From the NCBI GenBank assembly GCA_023436245.1, contig JAEZJZ010000020.1:29433-93432 (forward strand): 64,000 bases of DNA, in the 5' to 3' direction. Source of the DNA: Bacillota bacterium (lineage in GTDB: Bacteria > Bacillota > UBA994 > UBA5500). Under the pieces are notes generated by a model that saw only the letters and a list, made by a program, of their open reading frames with translations, searched no databases and had not been told where the DNA came from. The position numbers and the translations under genes are program-made. Of the stretch, positions 37,538 through 47,058 are shown one piece after another (the stretch's first letter is position 1; each line of letters begins with the position of its first letter).

Positions 37538-38715
37538 TCCTCCAACCCCTCCTCCGGCCCCGCAAAGTCCGCTGGATAGCTGCCGCTGAATCTGGCCAGG
37601 GCCGAACGCAGGCAAACCGTCCCGGTGCCCGGCTCCACGGCAGCCAACTGCCAATCCAGCAACAGATCGAGCAAGTCTCGCGCCACTTCGTTTAGGTCCT
37701 TCTCGCGGTATTCTTTGGACCAGCCGCGGGCATAACGTTGGCGGCACTCCTGCACCCAGGCCAGATAGCTGGCTTCTGGCAGGCAAAGGCTGCCGTCATA
37801 CTGCAGTGGAATGTCCTCCACCAGATAGTGCTCGCGGGCCAGCCCGGCAAACTGCACCGCAATGTCCTCGATCACCCGACTGCCGGGAAAGGGCCGATAG
37901 CGCGCGAAGCGCTCGGGCAGGGTGAGCATGGAGGCGTTGCGAAAGAGATCGAATTGAAAGTCGAAGTTCTGCTCCAGATCCTCGCGCAGGCGCGAGCGAT
38001 AATTGCGCAAGTAAAGGAAATCCGGATCCTGGTCGTCGCTGCGGTGGATGACCGGGCAGAAGAGCAGTTGGCGATAGATGCGGTGGCGACGGCGGACGGT
38101 GGGATCAGCCGCCAGATCGCTCTCCAAGAGCTGCACTGGATCGTCCAGGGACTGCAAACCATGCGGCAAGTTGCGCAGAAAGTAGCGAACCACCGGAGTC
38201 ACCTCGTAGAGCACCTCGGCCTCACTGCGGCTGAACTGGTCCACCTCGCCATCCACCACCAGCAGCAGGCCAAACTCGCTGGCCACGCGCATCACCCGCA
38301 CCAGCGACTTGCGATGCTCATAGTTGGTCCAATCCAGCCTGCCTGTTTCCGGGTAGAGCGACTGCAACTCCTCGCAGAGTTGGGACAGCAAGAACTGTTC
38401 TTCCACCGCCAAACCCTCCAAGAAGGCCAGCAGGCAGCAGAAGATGGTGTAGTCACGCGTGCTGGTGAAATCCGGGATGCCCATCCAGGGCAGCGGAACA
38501 GCCGGCACCTTCTCCAGCTTGGCGAAGTGCCGGTGCACAACCAGACGCAAACCTGCCTTGTCCCAAAACCACTTGCGCAGCGTTTCCTCCCGCCGACGCA
38601 CCAACTGGTATTTTTCCGGCTCCCGCCGACGCAGAATCCAGAACTGCTGCAACAGATCGGCGGCCGCCTCTTTGGCCAGCTCGTCAAAGCCAGCATTGCT
38701 GATCTGTGATTCCAT
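37534..38715 (-). CDS. jetB: Wadjet JetB-like protein (TIGR02678 / DUF2398-type)
   Basis: 393 aa, second in the operon. Start MESQISNAG after GGGAGTGAGG. The 12-nt overlap with jetA and the ATGA overlap with jetC indicate translational coupling. Assignment rests on size, order and context only. Confidence 0.55.
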   Translation of the reverse strand: MESQISNAGFDELAKEAAADLLQQFWILRRREPEKYQLVRRREETLRKWFWDKAGLRLVVHRHFAKLEKVPAVPLPWMGIPDFTSTRDYTIFCCLLAFLEGLAVEEQFLLSQLCEELQSLYPETGRLDWTNYEHRKSLVRVMRVASEFGLLLVVDGEVDQFSRSEAEVLYEVTPVVRYFLRNLPHGLQSLDDPVQLLESDLAADPTVRRRHRIYRQLLFCPVIHRSDDQDPDFLYLRNYRSRLREDLEQNFDFQFDLFRNASMLTLPERFARYRPFPGSRVIEDIAVQFAGLAREHYLVEDIPLQYDGSLCLPEASYLAWVQECRQRYARGWSKEYREKDLNEVARDLLDLLLDWQLAAVEPGTGTVCLRSALARFSGSYPADFAGPEEGLEE

Positions 38716-38723
38716 TGGGGGCC

Positions 38724-40193
38724 TCACTCCCAAAACTCCAAAGTATAATCCGGCATCAGCAGGCTGCCATCGCAGGCATGCAGCCAAATCTGCCCTGGCT
38801 GCACTTGCAGGCGAAAGCGGCGCCCGCTTTCCGTGCTGCCAATGCGCTCGCTGCTGGCCAGGGCGCGGGCAATCCAGCCGAGCAGCGTCTTGCGCAGCAA
38901 CGGCTCCACCACTCCCAAATCAGCCACCCGCAAGCTGCCTTGCTTGGCCAACTGCTGCAGGATGGCGGCTTCGGCGTGCTGTTCCTGCAGGTAACTGGCC
39001 AACTGCGCCGTCTTCTCCGCCGTTCGATCCATGATGGCAGTGGAGCGACTCTTCTGCCGATAGGTGCGCACCCGCGGCTCCAGCGGCAGGGCCAGGGCAG
39101 GCCGATCCCAGGTCTCAGCATAGATGTCTTCCGTGTCGCGCCCAGGCGCGTAGAAGTGGCGTGTATCCTGCAGGCCGAAAACACTGGCGGAGAGAATGTG
39201 AGCGTCCGCCAGCGTAGGGCAAGCGGCAAACCGCTGCGCCAACTGCAGATACTCCTGCCGACGGCTGCGCTGCTGCTGATGTCGTTCACCCAACCGCTGC
39301 ACAAACCGGGTGATGCGCCGAATAGCCTCATGCGTCTCCAACTGCAACTGATAGCGATCGCTGCTGCGTCCCGGCTCGCCAAGAAACCAAGAGCGGAAGT
39401 TGGTCCACTGGCGACGGTAGCTGGCGAGCAACTGGTCACGCGCTGGGCGTTCATCCAACCGCGGAATGGAGAGGGCATAGTCCGCCAGTCGCTCGCAGAT
39501 CAGGTCCAGCCGCTGCTGGTCGACACCAGCGAGCAGAGACTCGATCTTCACAGCAGCCCGCTGCAAGGCACTGACGAAATTGCGCAGATAATCACCCAAG
39601 GAGTCCCTGTAGACCAGAAAGGCGTCGACATTCATCAAAGCCTCGCTGCGCTCGCTGCTCAGGTAGGCCAGGTAGCTGGTGGCGTTGGTGGTCAGGCGAC
39701 GGAAAGCCGCAAACAGATCAGTCCACCGACCCTGCAGTTCCTCAGCCGTGACCTGATTGCCCAAAGCGAGAAATCGCTGCAGCGTCTCCAGCAGGCGATC
39801 GACATCGGTGCGCTCCAGCGAGCCACCGAAGGATGACCCCATCTGTTCCAGATGCATGACCATGCGCTCAATCTCGATCGTGTAGGCAGTCGCCTGGTAG
39901 CGAAAACGCTTCTTGCGGAACTCCTCGACGCTGGCCACCCGGCGGGTGTCCTGCCGCGCCACCAGATTGCCCCATTCCACCAGTTGGTTCAGGTCCTGCT
40001 CTAGTTCGTTCTCGCCGTACTGAGCGAAATACTGATTCAGAGCGAACTCACGCAGCAACTCCTCGGGATAGAGGAAATGCCGCATACTCTCGTGCTGCAA
40101 GTAGAAGTGACGTAAGATCGACCGATAACGCCAGGCATTGCCGGCCGTCAGGTAACTGGCTTCAGTCAGCGGCCGCAGTAACCGTTCATCCAT
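38724..40193 (-). CDS. jetA: Wadjet JetA-like protein (TIGR02677 / DUF2397-type)
   Basis: 489 aa, first gene of the operon. RBS GAGGGAG. No catalytic motif. Assignment rests on size, order and context only. Confidence 0.55.
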   Translation of the reverse strand: MDERLLRPLTEASYLTAGNAWRYRSILRHFYLQHESMRHFLYPEELLREFALNQYFAQYGENELEQDLNQLVEWGNLVARQDTRRVASVEEFRKKRFRYQATAYTIEIERMVMHLEQMGSSFGGSLERTDVDRLLETLQRFLALGNQVTAEELQGRWTDLFAAFRRLTTNATSYLAYLSSERSEALMNVDAFLVYRDSLGDYLRNFVSALQRAAVKIESLLAGVDQQRLDLICERLADYALSIPRLDERPARDQLLASYRRQWTNFRSWFLGEPGRSSDRYQLQLETHEAIRRITRFVQRLGERHQQQRSRRQEYLQLAQRFAACPTLADAHILSASVFGLQDTRHFYAPGRDTEDIYAETWDRPALALPLEPRVRTYRQKSRSTAIMDRTAEKTAQLASYLQEQHAEAAILQQLAKQGSLRVADLGVVEPLLRKTLLGWIARALASSERIGSTESGRRFRLQVQPGQIWLHACDGSLLMPDYTLEFWE

Positions 40194-40340
40194 AGCATCT
40201 GCTCCCTCATCGTTGCGCCCGAGGGCGCATTACCGTCAGAATTCGTTACAGAAGCCGCTCACCCCTGCCTAAGTGATAGCAACTTGCCATCTCAGATGGC
40301 TTCCTCTCCGTGGCTGACTGTTCTAGCCGGGGTCCAATGA

Positions 40341-40372
40341 CAGAGGCCCGGGAGCACCGACTCCCGAGCCTC
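40341..40372. terminator. Near-perfect palindrome AGAGGCcCGGGAGcaccgaCTCCCGaGCCTCT downstream of the parE-like gene
   Basis: 13-bp arms, 14 bp after the stop at 40386 (minus strand). Confidence 0.45.
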
Positions 40373-40385
40373 TGTTATCTCCCGG

Positions 40386-40715
40386 CTACTCTTGTTCAAC
40401 GTCTGTGCCAAATAGGGAGTGCAGCCAGTTCTGCCGTCCATGCAGCACTCGAGCGATGACGATTTGCTCGTCCATCACTCGATAGAACACCAAATACGGA
40501 TTGACAACAATCCGCCTATATCCCGGCAAAGCACCGGGAGCGTCTTCAGGCGGGACGACCGCACCCAGTTCCGGGAACTCGGCCAATCCCTTGATTCCCT
40601 CGTAAATGCGCCGCCTAAGTCGTTCCGCCGCCTCTCTATTGTCGACAACGATGTAGGAAAAGAGGCTATCGACATCAAAATAGGCGGACTCCGAGAGAAC
40701 GATCCGCTTAGGCAT
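40386..40715 (-). CDS. parE: ParE/RelE-family toxin
   Basis: MPKRIVLSESAYFDVDSLFSYI...NREAAERLRRRIYEGIKGLAEFPELG...YRRIVVNPYLVFYRV.DEQIVIARVLHGRQ is the typical ParE pattern. Confidence 0.7.
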   Translation of the reverse strand: MPKRIVLSESAYFDVDSLFSYIVVDNREAAERLRRRIYEGIKGLAEFPELGAVVPPEDAPGALPGYRRIVVNPYLVFYRVMDEQIVIARVLHGRQNWLHSLFGTDVEQE

Positions 40716-40998
40716 GATCGATCCTCCGTTTGATATCCTCCATGGTCTGCTCAAAGTCCCGCATAGGGGTCCCTTTGGAGATTTCCAGATCCACCTCCGC
40801 CAGCATTTGCCCTAAGCGATGTCTGGCCATCAGTTTCTGAAAGGCCTCGTGACTCATCACGACCAAATCTGCCTCTCCGTTCTTGGTGACGACCACTGGC
40901 TCTCCAGTCTCATGACAAAACCTGGAGAAAGAACTATAGTCGTGCCGAATCGCCGTGGAAGGCTTAATGGCCGTGATTATCTGTACCGGACGACTCAT
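40708..40998 (-). CDS. Phd/YefM-family antitoxin
   Basis: FSRFCHETGEPVVVTKNGEADLVVMSHEAFQKL. Overlaps the toxin start by 8 nt. RBS AAGGAGG. Confidence 0.65.
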   Translation of the reverse strand: MSRPVQIITAIKPSTAIRHDYSSFSRFCHETGEPVVVTKNGEADLVVMSHEAFQKLMARHRLGQMLAEVDLEISKGTPMRDFEQTMEDIKRRIDHA

Positions 40999-41318
40999 GC
41001 TACTACCTCCTTAACCACTATTATGTCAATATTATATCATAGACGGCTTCGTTTCGGCACGCCTGCGCCACCCTATATGCAGCCAGGTGGCATCCTCAGG
41101 GGTGAGCGCCATTCTGTGGCGATGGATGGCGAATCACAAGGATAACCCGGCGAGCACACACAAGGCCTCACCATGCGCTGTCGCGCATAGTGAGGCCTTT
41201 CTTGCGGGAGCGAACGAACAAGGAGGTGAAGTCGGGAGGCAGCGACATCGTAATTGTCGGCGACTGCGCAAGACGCGCGGACTGCGTCCTCTGCGTCAGA
41301 CCGGTCAAGAAGTCGGGG

Positions 41319-42971
41319 CTATGTGCTCTTGCGGAATCGGCGGCTCGCAACATAGGCTCCCAAAACAGCAACCAGAACCAGCCATTGTAGCCACTGGTTG
41401 TCCACTGCTGCGGCATCATCGTCCTCCGCATCGGCATTGTCGGTTGCCTCCAGATCCTTAATCGACCGCTGACCGCTGTCAACGACCTTGTTGCCCGCCG
41501 CGTCAACGGCCTCAACCATGTAGTGCAGAGTAACACCCGGCGGCACGTCGTTGAGCTCATGTTGAAAGATGAGCTTAATGTGCTGCCCGTTGGCAGTATG
41601 CTTCGGCCTCTGCAGCGCTAGTTCCGGCTGATGTGTGTCGATCAGATGATGCAGTTGGCCGTCCTGTTCATACCAGACCCGCATGTGCGATCGATAGAAT
41701 GAGAAATCTGCGTTGAGATCCGTGATGGCAACGATGAAGTCCCAAATCTGAGCGGTCTGTGGGACTAAATCAACCTCCAGACGTGGCGGTTCACGCAGCA
41801 GTTGATCGGCCGGCAGCCACCGCCCCAACCAACGAGCCATGAAAGGGCTCCAGCAGACGGGCTGATAGGGCGGTCCGATCGCAGTTACCTCTCTTGCCCA
41901 ATGATAAAGCTGCGCCATCTCGGCAGTCATCGCCTGCGCCTGGTAATGCCCGCCCAGATGAAACAAGGCATCACCAAAGGCAGCCCAGGCGGAATGCACG
42001 CGGTTTGTTTCCGGGATGACCAGCGAACCGGGTTCGCCACTCATAGCCAGAAGTCGCTGCCAACTGGCGATGGCGGCATCTGTCCGACCCAACGCTTCCT
42101 CGGCCATAGCCTGCAGATAGGTCAGCGCGGCGTCAGTCTTGTCAGCAGGGACCACCTGCCGCAACTGCGCAATCCGCTGCAGTACTTGCTCAGGCTCGCG
42201 TAACAAATCCAACTGCTCCAACTGCCACCGCAAGTTCTCGTCCATCCCGCTCAGCATGTAAGAGGCGGGACTGCGTAGATTGGCTACCAGTCGCAGATCC
42301 GTTGTCGGCTCAATATCCTGCCACTCCCAGACCAGGAGGTCTCCATCAAAACGGAAATCCCCTGGGAATGCGCCTACCAGCTGAGATGGCCGAATGTCCA
42401 TGAGCTCCACCGTCAGCTTGGCCCGACCGATGGGACCATGCCAAAGGGAGCCGGTGGTCATGACGTATCCAGTCTCCACCCAGCCCTGGGAATCGTACGA
42501 GTTGGTCACCCAGTAGGTGTTTCTGACCTCCCTGGTCTGACCGGCCGAGAACTGCATCTCCCAAGTCAGCCAAGACGGATAATCGTAGGCCCTCGGGTTC
42601 TGGTCCGGCTGCAGCCCCACCTCTCTTATGACCTGCACCGGCTGCCCGTCTACTGTGGCTGAGAACTCATGCAGTGTGGTGTCAACTCCCGGCTCGTCAC
42701 CGTTCAAGCTGCCTTCCGGAAATCCCACCAGGATGCTGGTGCCAGGCCCATCATTGCGAAAGCGAAAGGTGGCTGTGACCTCGCACCTGGTCGGATACAC
42801 CTTGATGTAGACATCTTCCTCAACCATGCGCACCTGCGAGCTATGGATCGGCTGCACTGCTTCGCCGATCCGACCGAGCACCGCATCGTCAGCCGCCACG
42901 CTGCCGGGGAACGCCAATAACAGCAGCATTACGCCCAAAGCCAGCATCCAGCCTCGCATTCCTGCCGTCAT
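41319..42971 (-). CDS. Secreted/membrane-anchored hypothetical protein with an acidic C-terminal tail
   Basis: Signal peptide MRGWMLALGVMLLLLAFPGSVAA. C-terminal TM helix WLQWLVLVAVLGAYV preceded by DNADAEDDDAAAVD. RBS GAGAGGAGGA. Confidence 0.5.
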   Translation of the reverse strand: MTAGMRGWMLALGVMLLLLAFPGSVAADDAVLGRIGEAVQPIHSSQVRMVEEDVYIKVYPTRCEVTATFRFRNDGPGTSILVGFPEGSLNGDEPGVDTTLHEFSATVDGQPVQVIREVGLQPDQNPRAYDYPSWLTWEMQFSAGQTREVRNTYWVTNSYDSQGWVETGYVMTTGSLWHGPIGRAKLTVELMDIRPSQLVGAFPGDFRFDGDLLVWEWQDIEPTTDLRLVANLRSPASYMLSGMDENLRWQLEQLDLLREPEQVLQRIAQLRQVVPADKTDAALTYLQAMAEEALGRTDAAIASWQRLLAMSGEPGSLVIPETNRVHSAWAAFGDALFHLGGHYQAQAMTAEMAQLYHWAREVTAIGPPYQPVCWSPFMARWLGRWLPADQLLREPPRLEVDLVPQTAQIWDFIVAITDLNADFSFYRSHMRVWYEQDGQLHHLIDTHQPELALQRPKHTANGQHIKLIFQHELNDVPPGVTLHYMVEAVDAAGNKVVDSGQRSIKDLEATDNADAEDDDAAAVDNQWLQWLVLVAVLGAYVASRRFRKST

Positions 42972-43042
42972 CCTCCTCTCTTCTTGAAACAGAGGGGACT
43001 GGCCCCGCTGTTTCGTCTGGTGTTCTCCCCGGCCGCTCTCTG

Positions 43043-43522
43043 CTATCGTGGCCGCCGGGCGGCATGGATGAAGAAGCTGACTAGCTCGTGGCCGACGGCA
43101 GCATCCTCAGGGGAGGGGTCAGTGCGGGTAAAGGTCAGCGTGATCGGATACTCGCGCGAGTTAAAGACTAGGGTATCATCGTCCAGCCGCTCCAATGGCA
43201 TGCCATCCTCCGCATCATAGCCCCATGGGGCCGACTTCAACACAAAGGGCTGGTCGCTGATGAGCCAGATCATCTCTTTGCCGCCATAGAACGGACCGAA
43301 GCCCGACTGCGGACTATATGACAGCACTATCTGCTCGCCGCCCGGATTGTAGTGATTGTTGATCATAGCCACCTTGTCGCCAACTGTAGTCAAGTGCTCG
43401 TAGGCCCAATCTCCGATACCAAACGCCTGGAAGAACTGCACCCGCGACCAAGGATCATAGAGAGCCAGAGTGAGCAGAAAGGCCGTCAAAGCAACGGCTA
43501 CCAGCAAGTTCTTACCCCGCAA
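43043..43522 (-). CDS. Hypothetical membrane-anchored protein
   Basis: TTG start 43522 follows AAGGGAGG. TM helix LLVAVALTAFLLTLALY. Confidence 0.4.
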   Translation of the reverse strand: MRGKNLLVAVALTAFLLTLALYDPWSRVQFFQAFGIGDWAYEHLTTVGDKVAMINNHYNPGGEQIVLSYSPQSGFGPFYGGKEMIWLISDQPFVLKSAPWGYDAEDGMPLERLDDDTLVFNSREYPITLTFTRTDPSPEDAAVGHELVSFFIHAARRPR

Positions 43523-43807
43523 GCTGTCGGCCTCCCTTGGCGCCGGCTGGCGGCCAGTGCCGTTTATTGGCAACAGTATATCATGCCGGGCATGGTCCTG
43601 ACAGCACCAGGATGGCCTTCCGTATGATGCACTATGGCGCATTGAGCACACGTTCTAGCGAGGTGTCCTCGTTTTACCGAGGCAAACGGACTCATTCCGG
43701 GAGAGCTAAGCCCAGGCGAGCGCCCAAGCTTTTTGCTTGGCGTTTCTCCTGTCAGGGGACCGGCTCCTTCACGCAAAGAACCACAGCCGCCGATGGCTGT
43801 GGTTCAA

Positions 43808-43906
43808 TCACAAGATATTCGGGCACCTAAGGGCCGCAACGGCCTGGACCGCTTCCTGAGTCAAGTCCTGACTGAAGTCCCTAACATCCCGAAGATCCTC
43901 CCGCAT
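43808..43906 (-). pseudogene. Possible truncated HepT (DUF86/HEPN)-like toxin remnant downstream of the MNT gene
   Basis: 32-codon ORF MREDLRDVRDFSQDLTQEAVQAVAALRCPNIL* begins 17 nt after the MNT stop. Weak resemblance to the N-terminal helix of HepT. Confidence 0.2.
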
Positions 43907-43922
43907 GTGCAACAGGACGGCC

Positions 43923-44132
43923 TTAGTTCTCCGCTCGCTCATAGACAATCCTCGCTTTTCGCTTGATGTCATAGCCGAACTTCTGCTCCAATCTCTCGGC
44001 CTGCTTGGCGGTGATTACGTCAACTGCCTTACCGGCAGCTAACTCAAGCTCCTGGGTCAGAGAGATAAACTGCAATCCCATCGGAGACCTAAGCTCCACC
44101 AGCACATCAAGATCACTATCGGACGTCTGCAC
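43923..44132 (-). CDS. Minimal nucleotidyltransferase (MNT/MntA-like antitoxin), probably 5'-degraded
   Basis: ...FGSVDPWGTGCVQTSDSDLDVLVEL matches the GS-N10-SDLDVLV nucleotidyltransferase motif. The in-frame upstream region has no ATG/GTG/TTG before the GTG at 44132, which falls inside the motif. Confidence 0.45.
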   Translation of the reverse strand: MQTSDSDLDVLVELRSPMGLQFISLTQELELAAGKAVDVITAKQAERLEQKFGYDIKRKARIVYERAEN

Positions 44133-44361
44133 GCACCCGGTTCCCCAAGGATCTACACTCCCAAACCTTGAAGTTTCGCGCGTTTGTTGATAATATCCAA
44201 CTTGTTTGCTCGGGGGAGGCGGGCTTCCTTTGCGGAAACACTAGAGATCCAGGAAAGAGTTGGGACTATGACCTAGAGGAGGATCTGGCGAGTATAGGAT
44301 TGGAATGCCGAGAGATAGCGGGTAGGGTAGATAGAACACCGTACTGAAGGGAGTGCTAGTG

Positions 44362-44670
44362 ATGAGAATCTTGAAGATATCGGGAGTGCTGATTCTTCTT
44401 GTGGTTGCTGTCATAGCCACATTGTTAGTTGCTTCTAGGATCAATCACGCAAGGCGATTAGGGAGAGAGGCTAAAGAATATCCGCCACCGGGCAATATGG
44501 TAGAGGTAAACGGCAAGAAGTTACACGTATATGCAGAAGGTGTTGGAAGCAGCACGCTCGTGTTCATGGCAGGCCACGGTACCAGCAATCCAACAATGTT
44601 ACTGCTATCACCGTTTGTCCGGCAACAGACGGCACGAACTGTCCTGGAGTTGACGGAACGGTTGTCCTGA
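44362..44670 (+). pseudogene. N-terminal fragment of an alpha/beta-hydrolase gene, low GC
   Basis: MRILKISGVLILLVVAV...MVEVNGKKLHVYAEGVGSSTLVFMAGHGTSNP is the typical N-terminus of an alpha/beta-fold hydrolase. No nucleophile-elbow region follows. GC about 48% versus about 60% for the window. Confidence 0.5.
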
Positions 44671-44889
44671 AGAACAGCTTCGTTAGGGGAAGCAGTTGTC
44701 CAGGGCCACCGGCTGTGAGTTCAAGGTAGGCGTCCCCGAGAGTGGGTTTATCGCTTTTGTTCTCCCCAAACTGCGGCGCTTTGTGCTAAGAGGCGGCCCT
44801 GCTCTATGGGCCGCCCAGTTTGGTATAGAATCCCACAGGGCGCTCAGGTCGTCCCCCGACGTTGCCCTATCCTCCCTGTGGGCAAGAGC

Positions 44890-45771
44890 CTAGGAGAGTT
44901 CACCGTCGACCACGCGCTTGGCCATGTGGTCATCAATGATGCGGTGTTTGTTGTGGGCGCCATAGATCAGGCAATGCGTGCAAAGCTTGTTGATCATCCT
45001 GGCCGAGCCGGAGGAGTAGCGGTAGATCTCGTCCAGCGCGCCCTCGGTGAAGATGTCACGTTCAGCTCCAGCATAAGCCATGTGGCGCTCAATGTAGGCA
45101 GCAACTTCTGCGCGATCATAGTGGTGTAGCTTGCACTGCAGGTCGATGCGCTGGCGAATGGCCGCGTAGGCCTGTAGCACCAGGCGTTCCCAGAGTTCGC
45201 TTTGCCCGACCAGGATGAGAGCCATTGGACTCTCGGCATCCATGCGGAAGTTCAGCAGGAACCTCACTTCTTCGAACATCTCCCGATCCAGGAGATGGGC
45301 CTCGTCGATGACCACGACCGGCTGCAGGTGATGAATCCCTTTCATCAGCTCTATCTCGCGGTGTAGCTGACGTTTGGCATCGCCTCGGTAGAATTTGGCC
45401 TCGCAACCTAACTGCTCCAGCAGCCCCTTGTAGAAGTGGCGGGGCGTGAGCTTGGAGTCGGCTAGATAGAGCAGTTTGAAGCGAGACTGGTCCAAGGTTT
45501 CGGAGAAGCAGCGGATGGTGGTTGTCTTGCCGGTACCGGGGTCACCACTGACCACCGCAAACCATTGCCGCTCGGCTGCATAGGTGAGCCGCCCCAGCGT
45601 CTCCTCAAGCTGTACTGATCGGTAGAGTTTCTGGGTTGGAATGTCCCGCGAGAATGGAGAATGCGACAGGCCATAGAATGACTCAAACATGACTATCCTC
45701 CCGCACCAACCGGTAAGAGACGGCTGGAGCCACCCGTTCCTGTCTCTCTTGGCTCTTGGCGCCGGCGGCAA
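44890..45771 (-). CDS. istB: IS21-family helper ATPase IstB
   Basis: VSGDPGTGKTT (Walker A), VVIDEAHLLD (Walker B), AAA+ fold. Confidence 0.85.
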   Translation of the reverse strand: MPPAPRAKRDRNGWLQPSLTGWCGRIVMFESFYGLSHSPFSRDIPTQKLYRSVQLEETLGRLTYAAERQWFAVVSGDPGTGKTTTIRCFSETLDQSRFKLLYLADSKLTPRHFYKGLLEQLGCEAKFYRGDAKRQLHREIELMKGIHHLQPVVVIDEAHLLDREMFEEVRFLLNFRMDAESPMALILVGQSELWERLVLQAYAAIRQRIDLQCKLHHYDRAEVAAYIERHMAYAGAERDIFTEGALDEIYRYSSGSARMINKLCTHCLIYGAHNKHRIIDDHMAKRVVDGELS

Positions 45772-47023
45772 TGAGCAGGCGTGAGGAATCTGCTATGCGC
45801 GTGGTCAGGTGATCCGGCAGAGGTGGGCGATCGCCTACTTTAGCACCGATGACCAGTTCCCTAACCCGCCAGGGTTTGTGGCCAGAGTACTCAATCGTCA
45901 GTTCGGTGGTATCTTGCGGATCGTAGACTACGTCAACCTTGCAGCCGAGGAAACTGACGCCGACCTCATACTTACGGCCGAGGAAGCTGATGCAGCCGGC
46001 CTTATCCACTTTACGTTGCTCGCAATGCAGAAAGGCGTCTGCCAGTAGTTCCGGCTCCACAAACCGGAGGGGCTTGCTGTCGCTCCGGTAGGCTTCTTCC
46101 GGGCTTTGGCCTAGGGCAGAGTGAGGTTTGTGCTGGTAGCATTCCGAGAGCCAGACCTGAAACAGTTCGTTCAACTGGTCTAGGGTCTTGGGCCTCTGCA
46201 AAGATGCCTCTTTCAGGAACGAGTCAACGACTCTGTTGAATCGCTCCACCTTGCCTTTTCCCTCGGGGGAATACGGTTTGGCGTACAGCAAGCGAATGCC
46301 TAGCTTAGAGCAGGTTCGCTGCATCCAGGTGGTGCGGTATTGCTTGCCGTTGTCGAAGTAGACGGCTTCCGGTACTCCGTACTTCTGAATCGCCCGGCGG
46401 AAGCAGTCTTCTACCACCGCCTGATCCATAACAGGATAGAACTCTCCGTGCAGCACCAATCGAGTGGCATCGTCCAGGAAGGTGACCAGGTAGACCTGCT
46501 TGCTGGTGCCGTTAGGACCGATTGGCAGGTATGGTCCGTACTTCAGATCAGACTGCCAAAGACGATTGCGATGGGGTTGTTGCCACCGCCGCGTAGCCAC
46601 TCCCGTTTCGGCATACATTCGCATCTGGCGGGTGCTGTAACCTCTCTCGGTCAGTTTCTCTTGTAGGGTGCTGCGCCGGATCTGACCTTTCTCAATCAGG
46701 CCTTCCCACTCCATGATCTGTATTAGCTGGCTGACGCTCCGGCTGGGCACTTCCCGCCGTAGCATAATGGCCTGTTCCAAGACCTCTTTCGGAATGGCGC
46801 TGGACGCCTGCTGGCTCTTGGCTCTCGGTTGCAGACCAATGAAGCCCTCTTGGCGGTACCTGGTCAGGTAGCGCCTGAGGGTACGGTCCGAGATGCCTGT
46901 TTCTTGACAGATGCGGGTTCGTAACTCCCTAGCTTTGGCCGAATCGAGTTCCCCGGACAGGAGTGGAGCCAACAACTGCACTCGCTTGGTAGCAATCTCT
47001 TCCGCTTTTTGCTTGTCTTTCAT
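45683..47023 (-). CDS. istA: IS21-family transposase IstA (HTH + DDE)
   Basis: N-terminal HTH ...ICQETGISDRTLRRYLTRYRQEG. DDE region DLKYGPYLP...VYLVTFLDDATR...DNGKQY. Start chosen at ATG 47023 after GGGAGAG. The ORF is open to the GTG at 47149. Confidence 0.8.
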   Translation of the reverse strand: MKDKQKAEEIATKRVQLLAPLLSGELDSAKARELRTRICQETGISDRTLRRYLTRYRQEGFIGLQPRAKSQQASSAIPKEVLEQAIMLRREVPSRSVSQLIQIMEWEGLIEKGQIRRSTLQEKLTERGYSTRQMRMYAETGVATRRWQQPHRNRLWQSDLKYGPYLPIGPNGTSKQVYLVTFLDDATRLVLHGEFYPVMDQAVVEDCFRRAIQKYGVPEAVYFDNGKQYRTTWMQRTCSKLGIRLLYAKPYSPEGKGKVERFNRVVDSFLKEASLQRPKTLDQLNELFQVWLSECYQHKPHSALGQSPEEAYRSDSKPLRFVEPELLADAFLHCEQRKVDKAGCISFLGRKYEVGVSFLGCKVDVVYDPQDTTELTIEYSGHKPWRVRELVIGAKVGDRPPLPDHLTTRIADSSRLLIAAGAKSQERQERVAPAVSYRLVREDSHV

Positions 47024-47058
47024 GCTCATCTCTCCCTTGCTTGACCTCGTTTTCGAGT

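Noticed and set aside
37538-37786. Upstream extension of the jetC ORF to ATG 37786 (1463 aa)
   Set aside because: The extension overlaps the jetB C-terminus in another frame and lacks an RBS. ATG 37537 has GGAGGGGTTGGAGGA and conserved JetC-like N-terminus.
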